Below, piece after piece: positions 36,294 through 45,974 of a DNA stretch of 54,120 nt (positions are counted from its first letter, which is position 1; every line of letters begins with the position of its first letter). A program made the position numbers and the translations under genes. This DNA is from a virus (lineage: Duplodnaviria; Caudoviricetes): positions 1-54,120 of IMG/VR virus record IMGVR_UViG_3300009788_000118. One strand, written 5' to 3'. The notes beneath the pieces are model-generated. The model was not told where the DNA came from and made no database searches. It was given only the letters and a program-made list of their open reading frames with translations.

Positions 36294-39200
36294 ATGGCAA
36301 CTCCTGTAATAGATAGTGTTGGTGCTTTAGTACATGGCCAGTCCTGTATTATTACCAGCACAGGCACTAATTTTGGTACTAAATCAGTTGCTGCTCCTAC
36401 TATGTGGGACGACGGTTCTGGAGTATCAGAAGGAGATCCACCAAGTTCAAAGGGATGGACAGGTAACTATCCAAGTGGTCTAACTGGTGGGAATGCACAA
36501 TATAATTTGCAATATCGTCCAGTTAATTATAGAAGCATAGCTGGTCCACATGGTATTACCAATTATTATTTAGCAGGATGTGGCTTAGGTTATGGTATTG
36601 CCGGAGCTGATACAGCTAATGTAATGGTATGGAAGTCATTAAGTATCTCAAAACCGCAGAAAGTTTTTATTAGTTTTTATCAGAGATTTGATCCGAGTTG
36701 GGTGTTTGGGGATGATAATAATATAAAGGAAGTGCTTTGGTCAGTAGGTACTCCTTATGGTCCCAGTTATTGGTATGTTACCTTTAATCCAGTCTTTAGC
36801 AGCCCTACCAATTTAGGAGAATGGAGAACTACCTGTGAATGGGGAAATGTGGCAACAAGCCCTTGGTTAGGCTGGGTAAAAGTCGAGATAGAGTTTCTCT
36901 TTGATAGTAGTGGTGGCAAGGCAGATATTTGGGATAATGGCGTACAGAAGACGTTTGCTACTTGCAATACAGATTCATGGAGTGGAACAGATCGTCATCT
37001 TTCAGTTGGAGGTTTTCAGCGTCCTCATTCTGATTGGGGTGGTGAACCTTATACTGATAATTTTCGTTATCAAGCAGATATTTATATAGATACAGCATGG
37101 TCAAGAGTAGTCATTGGTGATAATCAAACTTATGCAAATTGCACAAAAAGGGAAATACAAATTCCTACAGCATGGGCTACTGATGAAATAACAGTAACAG
37201 TTAATCAAGGTATTTTTTCTGCTGAGGATGATATATATGTATTCGTTATTGATTCGAATGGAGACCCGAATGTTACTGGTTATGGTCCATTAAGCTTTGG
37301 AGGTTCTGTAAGTCCATCGCCATCATCTTCAATATCACCGTCATCTTCAATATCACTATCACCGTCATCTTCATTATCTTTATCTCCGAGTTCTTCAGTA
37401 TCGCCTTCATCATCACCAAGTCCCTCAGGAGGTACGATTTCACCAAGTCCTTCATCTTCAATCTCTCCAAGTTTGAGTCCATCAGCAAGTATATCGCCTT
37501 CAGTGAGTCCAAGTCCTGAATGTCTTGGTGGGGGACAAGGTGATGAATTTAACGACGAATCTATCGATGTTTTATGGACACAAGATTCAGGAGTTGGAGG
37601 TTCCTTTGCGGAGACTGCTGGAGGTGATTTGGAAGTAACTTCTGGTAGTGGTAATATTTGGGGTTCTACATTTACTCCGACTTGGATTTATCAATGTGTA
37701 TGAGGAGATTTTGATGTTTATATAAAAGTAACTGCTGCAGATATTAATATTTTTGCTGAGGCTGCTGGAATAATTTTTCAAGAGTTTGATCAACCAACTA
37801 ATTATAATATCTTTGTTTCTTTGGAATATTTTGGAGGTCTGATATATCAAAGACGAGATACTATTAATAATAGTAGTGATACAACAGATATTGGTGGTGC
37901 TGCAAGTCCATGTTGGCTTAGATTACGCAGGATAGGTCAGTATTTTTCAGCATATTATGCTACTGTTGAACCCACTCAATTAAATGATTGGATATTAATT
38001 AATGCTCCTATAGACTTAGTTACTTCTGCAAGGGGTTTTTTAGGTCATGGTGCTATTCATCCGGAGAGTGGTTCTCAGTTTGTATCTACTGTTGATTATT
38101 TTAGAGCTCCAGCTCCTGCATGGATATGGGATAGTGGTGTTTGCAATGAGGGGACAGTAGTAACAAATACGTGTTCTTCAGCTAGTATCAGTCCATCAAT
38201 ATCACCAAGTATATCTCCAAGTGCGAGTCTGTCTGCTAGTTTGAGTCCATCTATATCTCCATCTATATCTCCATCTGAGTCTCCTTCGATTTCTTCGTCT
38301 CCATCTCCAAGTTTAAGTCCATCTGCTTCTTTGTCTCCATCGTTGTCACTTAGCATATCTGCTTCGGTATCTCCTTCGATAAGTCCATCTGCATCGATTT
38401 CGCCTTCTATCTCACCATCTCCATCGGAGTCAGGAAGTCCAAGTTTATCTCCCAGTATCTCACCATCAGTATCACCTAGTGCTAGTTTATCATCTTCAAT
38501 CAGTCCAAGTGAGTCAGCATCTGTATCACCTAGCGTAAGTCCTTCAATCTCTCCAAGTTTGAGTGCTTCTATTAGTTCATCAGCTTCATTGTCTCCATCT
38601 ATATCTCTATCAATATCTCCATCAGTTAGTCTTTCGATTTCACCGTCTGTATCTCCAAGCATTAGCCCAAGTATTAGTCCCTCAGTTTCTCCGTCAGCGT
38701 CTATATCTCTTAGTTTGAGTCCATCAATTTCGCCAAGTATATCTCCGAGTGCTAGTATATCTCCGAGTTTATCTCCGTCTATATCTCCTTCAGTTAGTCC
38801 ATCAGCGTCGTTATCTCCGAGCATATCTCCAAGTATTTCTCCGAGTATAAGTCCAAGTGAATCTCCCAGTTTATCTCCATCAGTATCTCCATCTGCATCA
38901 ATTAGTCCATCTGAGAGTTTGTCGATATCTGCGAGTATATCACTTTCACTTTCACCTTCGATATCTCCTAGTGAGTCTCCAAGTATATCTGCAAGTGTAT
39001 CACCGAGTGAGTCTCCATCCATATCTCCAAGTGCAAGTTTGTCTCCAAGTTTATCTCCATCACTTAGTCCATCAATTTCACTGAGTTTGTCTCCATCACT
39101 TTCACCATCTGAGTCTCCGTCTATATCTTTTAGTCCTTCTCCATCACTTAGTCCATCAATCTCATTGTCATTAAGTCCATCGATTAGTCTGAGTATATCT

Positions 39201-39401
39201 CCAAGTCTAAGCCCTTCGGCTAGTGTTAGTCCTTCGCTTTCTCCAAGCATAAGTCCTAGTATTAGCCTAAGTGTTTCGCCTTCGATATCTCCATCACCCT
39301 CAGTATTTATTACTGAAAGGATGTTTGTTGCATTTTCAAGTACGAAACCTGATGTATCTTTTGAAGGCAGAAAACCAGATATCACTTTTACAGGAGATTA
39401 A
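36294..39401 (+). CDS. Large lectin/lyase-like protein with two (S-X)n repeats; single in-frame TGA at 37701-37703 (readthrough, nonsense mutation or error)
   Basis: ORFs 36294..37703 and 37821..39401 are in the same frame with no other stop; IYQCV*GDFDVYIKV reads as one continuous beta-sandwich domain. Confidence 0.7.
38175..39302 (+). repeat. Coding (S-X)n repeat, ~375 aa
   Basis: SPSISPSASLSPS... with diversified Ser codons. Confidence 0.9.
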
Positions 39402-39406
39402 ATAAA

Positions 39407-39754
39407 ATGCCAGCAACACTGTCAGTACATGCAATAGAAGAATCAACTTATATAATTACATTAGCTTTTACTGATGAAGATGGTGATCCTGTAGTTCCTA
39501 CTATGATTACATGGACTTTATCTAATACTACAGGTACGGTTGTAAATTCACGATTAGACGTTGCTATTGCAGTTCCTGCTGCTTCAGTTGATGTTTTACT
39601 TCAAGGTGATGACTTGCAGATACTCAGTGGAGAAGTAAATCAAGGAGTAAGAACTTTTACAGTAGAAGCAACATATCTTTCGCTTCTTGGTGCTGATCTT
39701 CCACTGAATGCAAGTGTGCGATTTATTGTGGATAATCTTTTGATGATAACATAA
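39407..39754 (+). CDS. BppU-N/Ig-like virion adaptor protein
   Basis: ITLAFTDEDGDPVVPT...TWTL; beta-rich. Confidence 0.55.
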   Translation: MPATLSVHAIEESTYIITLAFTDEDGDPVVPTMITWTLSNTTGTVVNSRLDVAIAVPAASVDVLLQGDDLQILSGEVNQGVRTFTVEATYLSLLGADLPLNASVRFIVDNLLMIT

Positions 39755-39779
39755 AGACAACCCTGGGCCGATGCGTGTT

Positions 39780-39846
39780 TCCTCCTGGGCAGTATTCGTG
39801 AGGGGATGTAACCGGCACATTCCCTTGCGATACTGTTTTCTGAGGA
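39780..39846 (+). other. Long G-U-rich RNA hairpin (possible RNase III processing site)
   Basis: TCGTGAGGGGATGT/ACATTCCCTTGCGA, extended by GGGCAGTA/TACTGTTT and TCCTC/GAGGA. Confidence 0.55.
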
Positions 39847-39875
39847 TGAGGCTCTTTAAATGAGGAGGTAAGATT

Positions 39876-40190
39876 ATGGCTGCTCCAGTGGTAACAAAAA
39901 GTATAGGTGTTCAAAACATCTTTAGTGATTGGTTGTTTGTGAAGGGATATTTCAATTGGTCTCTTTGGGGGACATGGGTTGGAACAGTAACATTGCAGAG
40001 AACTTTTGATGGTGGGAGTACACAACTTGATGTTACTACATCGGCTGCAAACACGGAGTCTATAAAACATGAACCTGAAGGTGCATACTACCGTTTCGGC
40101 ATTAAGACTGGTGATTATACCAGTGGAACTTTACAGGGAAGGATAGGGGCTGATCCAAGTTTTGTTCCAAAGAAACAAAGTATGACTTAA
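39876..40190 (+). CDS. Small beta-sandwich virion protein
   Basis: GTWVGTVTLQRTFDGG...YYRFG...YTSGT; GAGGAGG RBS. Confidence 0.7.
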   Translation: MAAPVVTKSIGVQNIFSDWLFVKGYFNWSLWGTWVGTVTLQRTFDGGSTQLDVTTSAANTESIKHEPEGAYYRFGIKTGDYTSGTLQGRIGADPSFVPKKQSMT

Positions 40191-40211
40191 AAGTTCAAAG
40201 AGAGGTATGTT

Positions 40212-40670
40212 ATGAAGAAATTTTATTTTATAATATCTTTTCTTTTCTTCATTTATTTTCCTGTTAATGCGGCAATGGTTGACGATTTTCCAAAAGACAT
40301 AGGATCATTACTAATTACTGCTAAATATTTTGATGCCGATAATGAAATCGCTTGGCTGATTAGTCCTGCGACTGAAGATCGACTAACAGTAGGAATAGGT
40401 TATCATGCAGAGAAAGTAGCTGAAATGGAGACTCCATATGGAAAGCAGTATAGTATTCAAATGGAAGTAGATGCTCCAATTCTTTACTATTGGATAGATC
40501 GAAACAGTGATAATATGTTAATGATCGAACTTGAAGGAAAGTATTATTATGATGCTCGGGAAGTTGTTTATGATGAAGCGGGTGATGGCCTAAATGGAAA
40601 TGAGAAACCTTGGGAGATGTATCCAGTTTCATCTGAACCGTTAGATAAAACTAATTTTTCTCATGTCTGA
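40212..40670 (+). CDS. Exported protein with signal peptide
   Basis: MKKFYFIISFLFFIYFPVNA signal-like N-terminus. Confidence 0.7.
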   Translation: MKKFYFIISFLFFIYFPVNAAMVDDFPKDIGSLLITAKYFDADNEIAWLISPATEDRLTVGIGYHAEKVAEMETPYGKQYSIQMEVDAPILYYWIDRNSDNMLMIELEGKYYYDAREVVYDEAGDGLNGNEKPWEMYPVSSEPLDKTNFSHV

Positions 40671-40710
40671 ACCAACTGGAGATGAACTACACATAGAGGG
40701 GTTTATAGAT

Positions 40711-41259
40711 ATGCCTTGGACAGTTGCAGATGTCGAAAGACATAATAAGAATTTATCAGATAAACAAAAGCGACAGTGGGTACATGTTGCTAATGATGCA
40801 TTGCAAAGATGTCTTGATGCAGGTGGAAAAGAATGTGAAGCGAGTGCGATCAAACAAGCTAATGCATCCGTCACTCAAAAAGATGGTGTCACAATGAAGT
40901 TTTTGAAAAGCCGCGAAGAAAAACAAATCCTTTATGGGATCATTTTTGAACCTGATTTTGTTGATGCCCATGATGAATTTGTAGAAAAAGATGACATTGA
41001 GGAAGCTGCTCATGGATATATGATCCGATTGCAAAACGAAAAAGGATCAATGATTAAATTAAGTCATCAAATTGAAATTGATAAAGAAGCAGATATCGTT
41101 GAATGTTATGTCGCCCCTGTAGATTTTGAAATGGGTGATGAAAAAGTTAAAAAAGGTTCGTGGGTTGTTGCAATAAAGATTTGGAATAAGGATCTTTGGG
41201 ATGCGACAAAGGATGAAATCTCTGGTCTGTCAGCTGGAGGGTGGAAAACATTCACGTAG
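40711..41259 (+). CDS. Prohead serine protease (XkdF-like) with ChaB-like N-terminus
   Basis: YGIIFEPDFVDAHDE, KKGSWVV, SGLSAGG. Confidence 0.8.
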   Translation: MPWTVADVERHNKNLSDKQKRQWVHVANDALQRCLDAGGKECEASAIKQANASVTQKDGVTMKFLKSREEKQILYGIIFEPDFVDAHDEFVEKDDIEEAAHGYMIRLQNEKGSMIKLSHQIEIDKEADIVECYVAPVDFEMGDEKVKKGSWVVAIKIWNKDLWDATKDEISGLSAGGWKTFT

Positions 41260-41265
41260 TCTATG

Positions 41266-41297
41266 AAGTGTAAATTTACACCGTTAAAAATACAGAG
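41266..41297. repeat. 13-6-13 palindromic site, copy 8
   Basis: AAGTGTAAATTTA-CACCGT-TAAAAATACAGAG. Confidence 0.75.
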
Positions 41298-41305
41298 ATG
41301 AGTTT

Positions 41306-41698
41306 ATGGAGCAGTGGAAGAAAGTTAAGGATTATCCAGATTATGAAGTTTCTGATCAAGGTAGAGTAAGATCTTATAAAAGATCTGGACCACCGCAGAT
41401 TCTTCAAAATGTTTGTAGTAATTATTGTCAGGTTTCGCTTTATAATGAACACGGTGTAAGGAACTTTTTAGTTCATTTACTTGTAATTAAAGCTTTTATA
41501 GGCCCACGTCCTGATGGTTGCGAAGCAGATCATGAAAACGGTAAGCATCGAGATAACAAACTATCTAATCTTCGATGGTTAGAAGTTTGTGCTAATAGAA
41601 AGCATAGGTTTAAACCTAAAATGATCGAGAAAGCTAGATCACAAAAGATATGGGATGATTTAGTAAAAAGATTTCAAAAGGAGGAATGCCATGCCTAA
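41306..41698 (+). CDS. NUMOD4-HNH homing endonuclease
   Basis: EQWKKVKDYPDYEVSDQGRVRS; VHLLV..AF; ADHENGKHRDNKLSNLRW. Confidence 0.92.
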   Translation: MEQWKKVKDYPDYEVSDQGRVRSYKRSGPPQILQNVCSNYCQVSLYNEHGVRNFLVHLLVIKAFIGPRPDGCEADHENGKHRDNKLSNLRWLEVCANRKHRFKPKMIEKARSQKIWDDLVKRFQKEECHA

Positions 41699-42899
41699 AA
41701 AGATCAAACCTAGTATAGAGGAAATTTCTTTAGCATTTCAGCCAGCCAATCTAAAGAAGTTTCTTTTGAGAAAGGATCAAAAAAGTCTATTGAAGTATAA
41801 AGGAGTTGAAACGATTGCGTGGGATGTTAATAAAGATACATTTGAATCATATCGAGATATGTATTTCAAGGAAATGAATATAAAAAATGATCATACTTCA
41901 ATATTTAAGAATGCATCTCGAGCTATGAAAGAATGGATCGCTGATAAGAGTCTACTCGGTGATCCAGAGGGTAGTAGCTGGAGTGATGTCAATAACCTGC
42001 CTGTGGTAAACCCGCATACAGGTAAACTTAACAAGGAGGCTTTAGAAGCTGTATTCAATGGTAGTGATGTAACAGAGGCCATGAAAAATGCAGCCAAGAA
42101 CCTTCTTGAAAAAGGGTTCTCGAAGCAAGACTCGATGCTTCAGAAAGTGTTATCCAAATTCTTTAAGAAAGGAGATTCAAGTATGGATAAAGCGAAGATG
42201 ATCGAACTTTTGATCACAGATGAAAGATATCCATTTGGCAAAGACGATCAACCAACCTTGGAGCAGTTAGAAGTGAAAACGCTTCAGTTAATGGTTGATA
42301 TGAAAAAAGATGGAATCGATGAGGCAGCAATCCGAGAGAAGCTCACGAAGGAGCTCACGAAAAGCCTTACCAAGGATTTGACAAAGATGTTGACTGAAAA
42401 GATCACTAAGGATCTTAAACTCTCAAGTGATGACAAGGTCAAACTCCTTAACGATGAAATTGCAACCTTTAAAACTACCATCGAGAAGTTGACGAAAGAG
42501 ATCAACGACACAAAGGCTATGGCGATGGCTGAAGCTGATGTGAGAAAGACGATGGAGTTTACCCAATTCATCAAGGACAATAACGTTCCTGGTGATATCG
42601 AAAAATTGACGAAGACGATGCTGGGCCTCTCAAAGGGCGATCCAGAGATCTTCAAAACCTACAAAGAAAGTCTTCAAGCTGCGGGTGCAGCGTTAACAGC
42701 TGCTGGTGTTTTCTCCGAAGTTGGTGGTGTTGGAGATGGAGAAAGTAGCGATTCTGCATATTTGCAACTGCAATCATTGAAGGTTGAAGCCATGAAAAAG
42801 GATAGCAACCTCACCGAGCTTAAAGCTTGGAAGGCTGTTATTAAAGGAAACTCCAAGCTCTATCAGGAGTACATGGCTGAAAAGAAGGAGGTCAAGTAA
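41691..42899 (+). CDS. Capsid scaffolding protein
   Basis: EISLAFQPAN N-terminus, long coiled coil, FSEVG, position before cement and MCP. Confidence 0.7.
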   Translation: MPKKIKPSIEEISLAFQPANLKKFLLRKDQKSLLKYKGVETIAWDVNKDTFESYRDMYFKEMNIKNDHTSIFKNASRAMKEWIADKSLLGDPEGSSWSDVNNLPVVNPHTGKLNKEALEAVFNGSDVTEAMKNAAKNLLEKGFSKQDSMLQKVLSKFFKKGDSSMDKAKMIELLITDERYPFGKDDQPTLEQLEVKTLQLMVDMKKDGIDEAAIREKLTKELTKSLTKDLTKMLTEKITKDLKLSSDDKVKLLNDEIATFKTTIEKLTKEINDTKAMAMAEADVRKTMEFTQFIKDNNVPGDIEKLTKTMLGLSKGDPEIFKTYKESLQAAGAALTAAGVFSEVGGVGDGESSDSAYLQLQSLKVEAMKKDSNLTELKAWKAVIKGNSKLYQEYMAEKKEVK

Positions 42900-42901
42900 T
42901 T

Positions 42902-43273
42902 ATGGCCGTCGAACTAGAGATTTTTGATATTGGCGTATTGAAGGCCGATGCTGATCGTAGCGGGAAACAGTTTTATTTCATGAAGATGTCTTCCACTGAT
43001 TTCACATTCAGTCTCTGTGGAGCTGGTGAGGTTCCTTTAGGCATTCTTCAGAATAAGCCTGCTGCTGCAGGACGAGCTGGCCAAATTCGTCGAGTTGGAC
43101 TCTCCAAGTTAGTTCTTGGAGGCACTGTGGCTGCAGGAGGTTTGATTAAGTCCGATGCAGCTGGCGCAGGAGTTGCTGCTGATACGAATAACGACAACTA
43201 CGGTGCCATGTGTCTCGAAGGTGGGGACTCCGGAGATACCGTCACGGTTTTGATGGAATTCGGCGAAGTTTAA
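42902..43273 (+). CDS. Capsid cement/head decoration protein (DUF2190-like)
   Basis: LGILQNKP, LGGTVAAG..IKSDAAG; small Gly/Ala-rich gene before MCP. Confidence 0.75.
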   Translation: MAVELEIFDIGVLKADADRSGKQFYFMKMSSTDFTFSLCGAGEVPLGILQNKPAAAGRAGQIRRVGLSKLVLGGTVAAGGLIKSDAAGAGVAADTNNDNYGAMCLEGGDSGDTVTVLMEFGEV

Positions 43274-43335
43274 ATCTTAATCTTTAACGCATTAAACTTT
43301 ACTTTGATTAATCTTTTAAATGAAAGGAGCATCTA

Positions 43336-44346
43336 ATGCCAGAACCTACTGGTCAAGATCTTCATATTGACGTGCTCTTGAGTAATATGAGCATTGCTTA
43401 TATGAATGAGCCTAGCTCCTATATCGCGGAAAAAGCTTTTCCGGTTGTATATAGTAATAAGCAGTCGAATAAATATGCTGTTTATAACAAATACGACTGG
43501 TTTCGTGATGAGGCACAAAAGCGGGCTCCATTAACCGAAAGTGCAGGCGGCGGATATGCCCTAGAAACACCTGGAACCTTTTACTGTGACGAATATGCCT
43601 ACCATAAGGATTACTCTGACGATGACTCGGACAATGCAGATGACGTCTTTAATCTTGACGATGACTCGACCGAATACTGCGTTGAAAAACTGAGATTAAG
43701 TCGGGAACGTCGATGGGCAACGGCATACTTCGGTGCAAGTATCTGGGGTACCGATCTCGCGGGTCAAACTGATACCCCTGGCTCTAATGAATTCAAGTGC
43801 TGGGATCTCGCCGCATCAACACCAATTGACGATGTTGACGCTGCCAAGGCAATTGTCCGTACAGCAACCGGCCTTTTGCCTAATACACTAATCGTTGCAG
43901 AGAAGGTTCATATGGCACTTAAGAACAATGCAAGTGTCTTGGATCGATTCAAGTATACCCAAGCAGGTATCATCACCGAGCAGCTTCTGGCTCGGGTGTT
44001 CGAGATAAAGAACTATCTCGTCGGAAGAGCAATTTATGCCGCTTCTCCTGAGGGTTCAGAATCCTTGAGTTACATTTTAACTCAATATGATGCACTGCTG
44101 GTATATGCCGCTCCCACACCGTCCAGACGTCGGCCATCCGGAGGATATACATTCCGTTGGAGACGGCCTCGTTATGGTGGTAATACGGGCGAACGACTTG
44201 AAACCACGATTCGTAAGTGGTACATGAAAAACCTCCGTGGAACACGAGTCGAAGGAAGTATGTATGAGGATATCAAGTTGGTAGCCTCGGACTGCGGTGT
44301 GTATTTTGATGATGCCATCGCCGATGGACGGACCATAATTTCATAG
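43336..44346 (+). CDS. Major capsid protein
   Basis: LSNMSIAYMN, IAEKAFPVV, PNTLIV, PSGGYTF; position in head module. Confidence 0.9.
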   Translation: MPEPTGQDLHIDVLLSNMSIAYMNEPSSYIAEKAFPVVYSNKQSNKYAVYNKYDWFRDEAQKRAPLTESAGGGYALETPGTFYCDEYAYHKDYSDDDSDNADDVFNLDDDSTEYCVEKLRLSRERRWATAYFGASIWGTDLAGQTDTPGSNEFKCWDLAASTPIDDVDAAKAIVRTATGLLPNTLIVAEKVHMALKNNASVLDRFKYTQAGIITEQLLARVFEIKNYLVGRAIYAASPEGSESLSYILTQYDALLVYAAPTPSRRRPSGGYTFRWRRPRYGGNTGERLETTIRKWYMKNLRGTRVEGSMYEDIKLVASDCGVYFDDAIADGRTIIS

Positions 44347-44363
44347 TCCTATAACATTTATTC

Positions 44364-44393
44364 ATGTGGGAGGAGCCTACACTCCTCTCACAT
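44364..44393 (+). terminator. Stem-loop after MCP
   Basis: ATGTGGGAGGAG-CCTACA-CTCCTCTCACAT. Confidence 0.6.
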
Positions 44394-44408
44394 CTTAGGA
44401 GATAAATT

Positions 44409-44813
44409 ATGACATGGTCATATGACGAAGCAGCTTTAGATCAGGCACTGAATCGTATCCGACTTGAGATTGGCGATACAAATACAGATCGTCAACTTTT
44501 GAAGGATGAAGAGATCACTGAGATCACTACTGAGGAATCAGTGTTTAATCTAAGGGTAGCTAAATGTTGTCGTTTGATATGTGCTCTGTTTGCAGGTAAG
44601 CCCGAGAGATTTCGTCTTGAGGATTTCTCTGAGAGCCAAAAAGAGATTTATAATCGTTTTGAAGCGATGGCTAAAAGATACGAAGGTCTTAGCGGAGGAG
44701 CTCCTTGGACAGGAGCTATTGAAGAGAGCTTTAAGGATGCTACTGTATTGGATACAACGTTGGTATCTCCATCTTTTAAAAAAGGAATGCATGATAACAA
44801 ACAAACACAATGA
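44409..44813 (+). CDS. Head-tail adaptor
   Basis: MTWSY, IRLEIGDT, LLKDEEI, FKKGMHDN. Confidence 0.75.
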   Translation: MTWSYDEAALDQALNRIRLEIGDTNTDRQLLKDEEITEITTEESVFNLRVAKCCRLICALFAGKPERFRLEDFSESQKEIYNRFEAMAKRYEGLSGGAPWTGAIEESFKDATVLDTTLVSPSFKKGMHDNKQTQ

Positions 44814-45112
44814 CTGAGATTGATCAATTTTTAAAACATACTGTTAGCATTAACACAGTGACGTTTTCTGAGGGATCAAGGTCTATCACAACGGTTGATG
44901 ATATTCCTGCATTCATCACTCAAAGGAGACGTTTGGGTAGATCTGTGGCTGGAGATAGCGAAGAATCACATACAGTTGTATATCTAAAAGCAACTCAAAC
45001 GATTACTCGTGAAGATGAAATCATATTTGATGGTGAGACGCGGCCTGTTAAGGATATTCATACACCAAGAAATCTTGCGGGAGTCATGTATAAAAGAGTA
45101 TTCTTGTCATGA
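44810..45112 (+). CDS. Head closure/head-tail joining protein
   Basis: Synteny; beta-rich. Confidence 0.6.
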   Translation: MTEIDQFLKHTVSINTVTFSEGSRSITTVDDIPAFITQRRRLGRSVAGDSEESHTVVYLKATQTITREDEIIFDGETRPVKDIHTPRNLAGVMYKRVFLS

Positions 45113-45591
45113 AAATGCGACTTGAAACAGATCTATCCCTTTTTAACAACGGAATGATTCAAGTAAAGTCCGCTGTTGTTGTAGGAAGTAAGGCAGGTAT
45201 GCAACAAGCAATGGAGGAGTTTCGAGAAGACGCTTTTACAATTCCTCCAACGGTACCATATAAAGACGGAGCCTTAAAAGAGGCTCATGAAATAAGAGTC
45301 GAAAGTGTTCTAGGTGGTGTTAGAGGAATGCTTGAAGTCGTAGAAGTTAGACAGGCAGCCTCTCTTCATGAAGGGATTTCTCGACATGGAACTCCTTACA
45401 AAAAATGGACGACGCCTGGATCAGGTTCCCATTGGCTTTCTTCAAAGTTGTTAATGTTTAAAGATGAATATGTGCGAAAAGTTGCAGCAGGGATTCGTCA
45501 GGCTTTTCGTATAATCAAAGTTCGTGGTCATTTTCGACATTTCGGAACTACTTGGGTACAACCACATCTTAGAAAGATAAGAATTAGATGA
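45109..45591 (+). CDS. Neck/tail completion protein (HK97 gp10-like)
   Basis: VPYKDGALK, AASLHEG, TPGSGSHWL. Confidence 0.7.
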   Translation: MKMRLETDLSLFNNGMIQVKSAVVVGSKAGMQQAMEEFREDAFTIPPTVPYKDGALKEAHEIRVESVLGGVRGMLEVVEVRQAASLHEGISRHGTPYKKWTTPGSGSHWLSSKLLMFKDEYVRKVAAGIRQAFRIIKVRGHFRHFGTTWVQPHLRKIRIR

Positions 45592-45974
45592 GCTTAATAG
45601 TTAATCTTGCAAAATTTATTGATACAAATACATCCTTAACGATGGATATAGATCTTTTTGTAGGAGCAGATGTTTTAGACGCTCCTGCGGAATCTGTAGT
45701 CATTAGGGAGATTCCAGGATCAACGGAAAACTTCTCTACGATGGAATCAAGAGCGATCCAAGTAGCAGTAAAGAGTTTATCCTATGTTGAAGCGGAGACT
45801 CTGGCATGGACTGTTTATAACCTCTTAAAAAATAAGTCGGGATTTAATGATGTCGACCTCGCGGGAGAAAATATCTTCTATTGTGAAGTCATTGGAAGCC
45901 CAGTTCCTATGGATAGGGATGAGCGAGGCAGTTTTATTTTTACATCAAATTTTTTGATCAAAAGGGCATTATGA
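45588..45974 (+). CDS. Tail terminator protein
   Basis: IQVAVK, PVPMDRDERG..IFTSNF. Confidence 0.7.
   Translation: MSLIVNLAKFIDTNTSLTMDIDLFVGADVLDAPAESVVIREIPGSTENFSTMESRAIQVAVKSLSYVEAETLAWTVYNLLKNKSGFNDVDLAGENIFYCEVIGSPVPMDRDERGSFIFTSNFLIKRAL

Noticed and set aside
35315-39302. Repeats as a CRISPR array or DNA satellite
   Set aside because: No fixed repeat-spacer structure; periodicity is at the amino-acid level with scrambled codons
35236-39385. Long minus-strand D/G/E-rich ORFs (35236..35895, 38096..39385)
   Set aside because: Antisense shadows of the Ser/Pro repeat; opposite to operon direction and without an RBS
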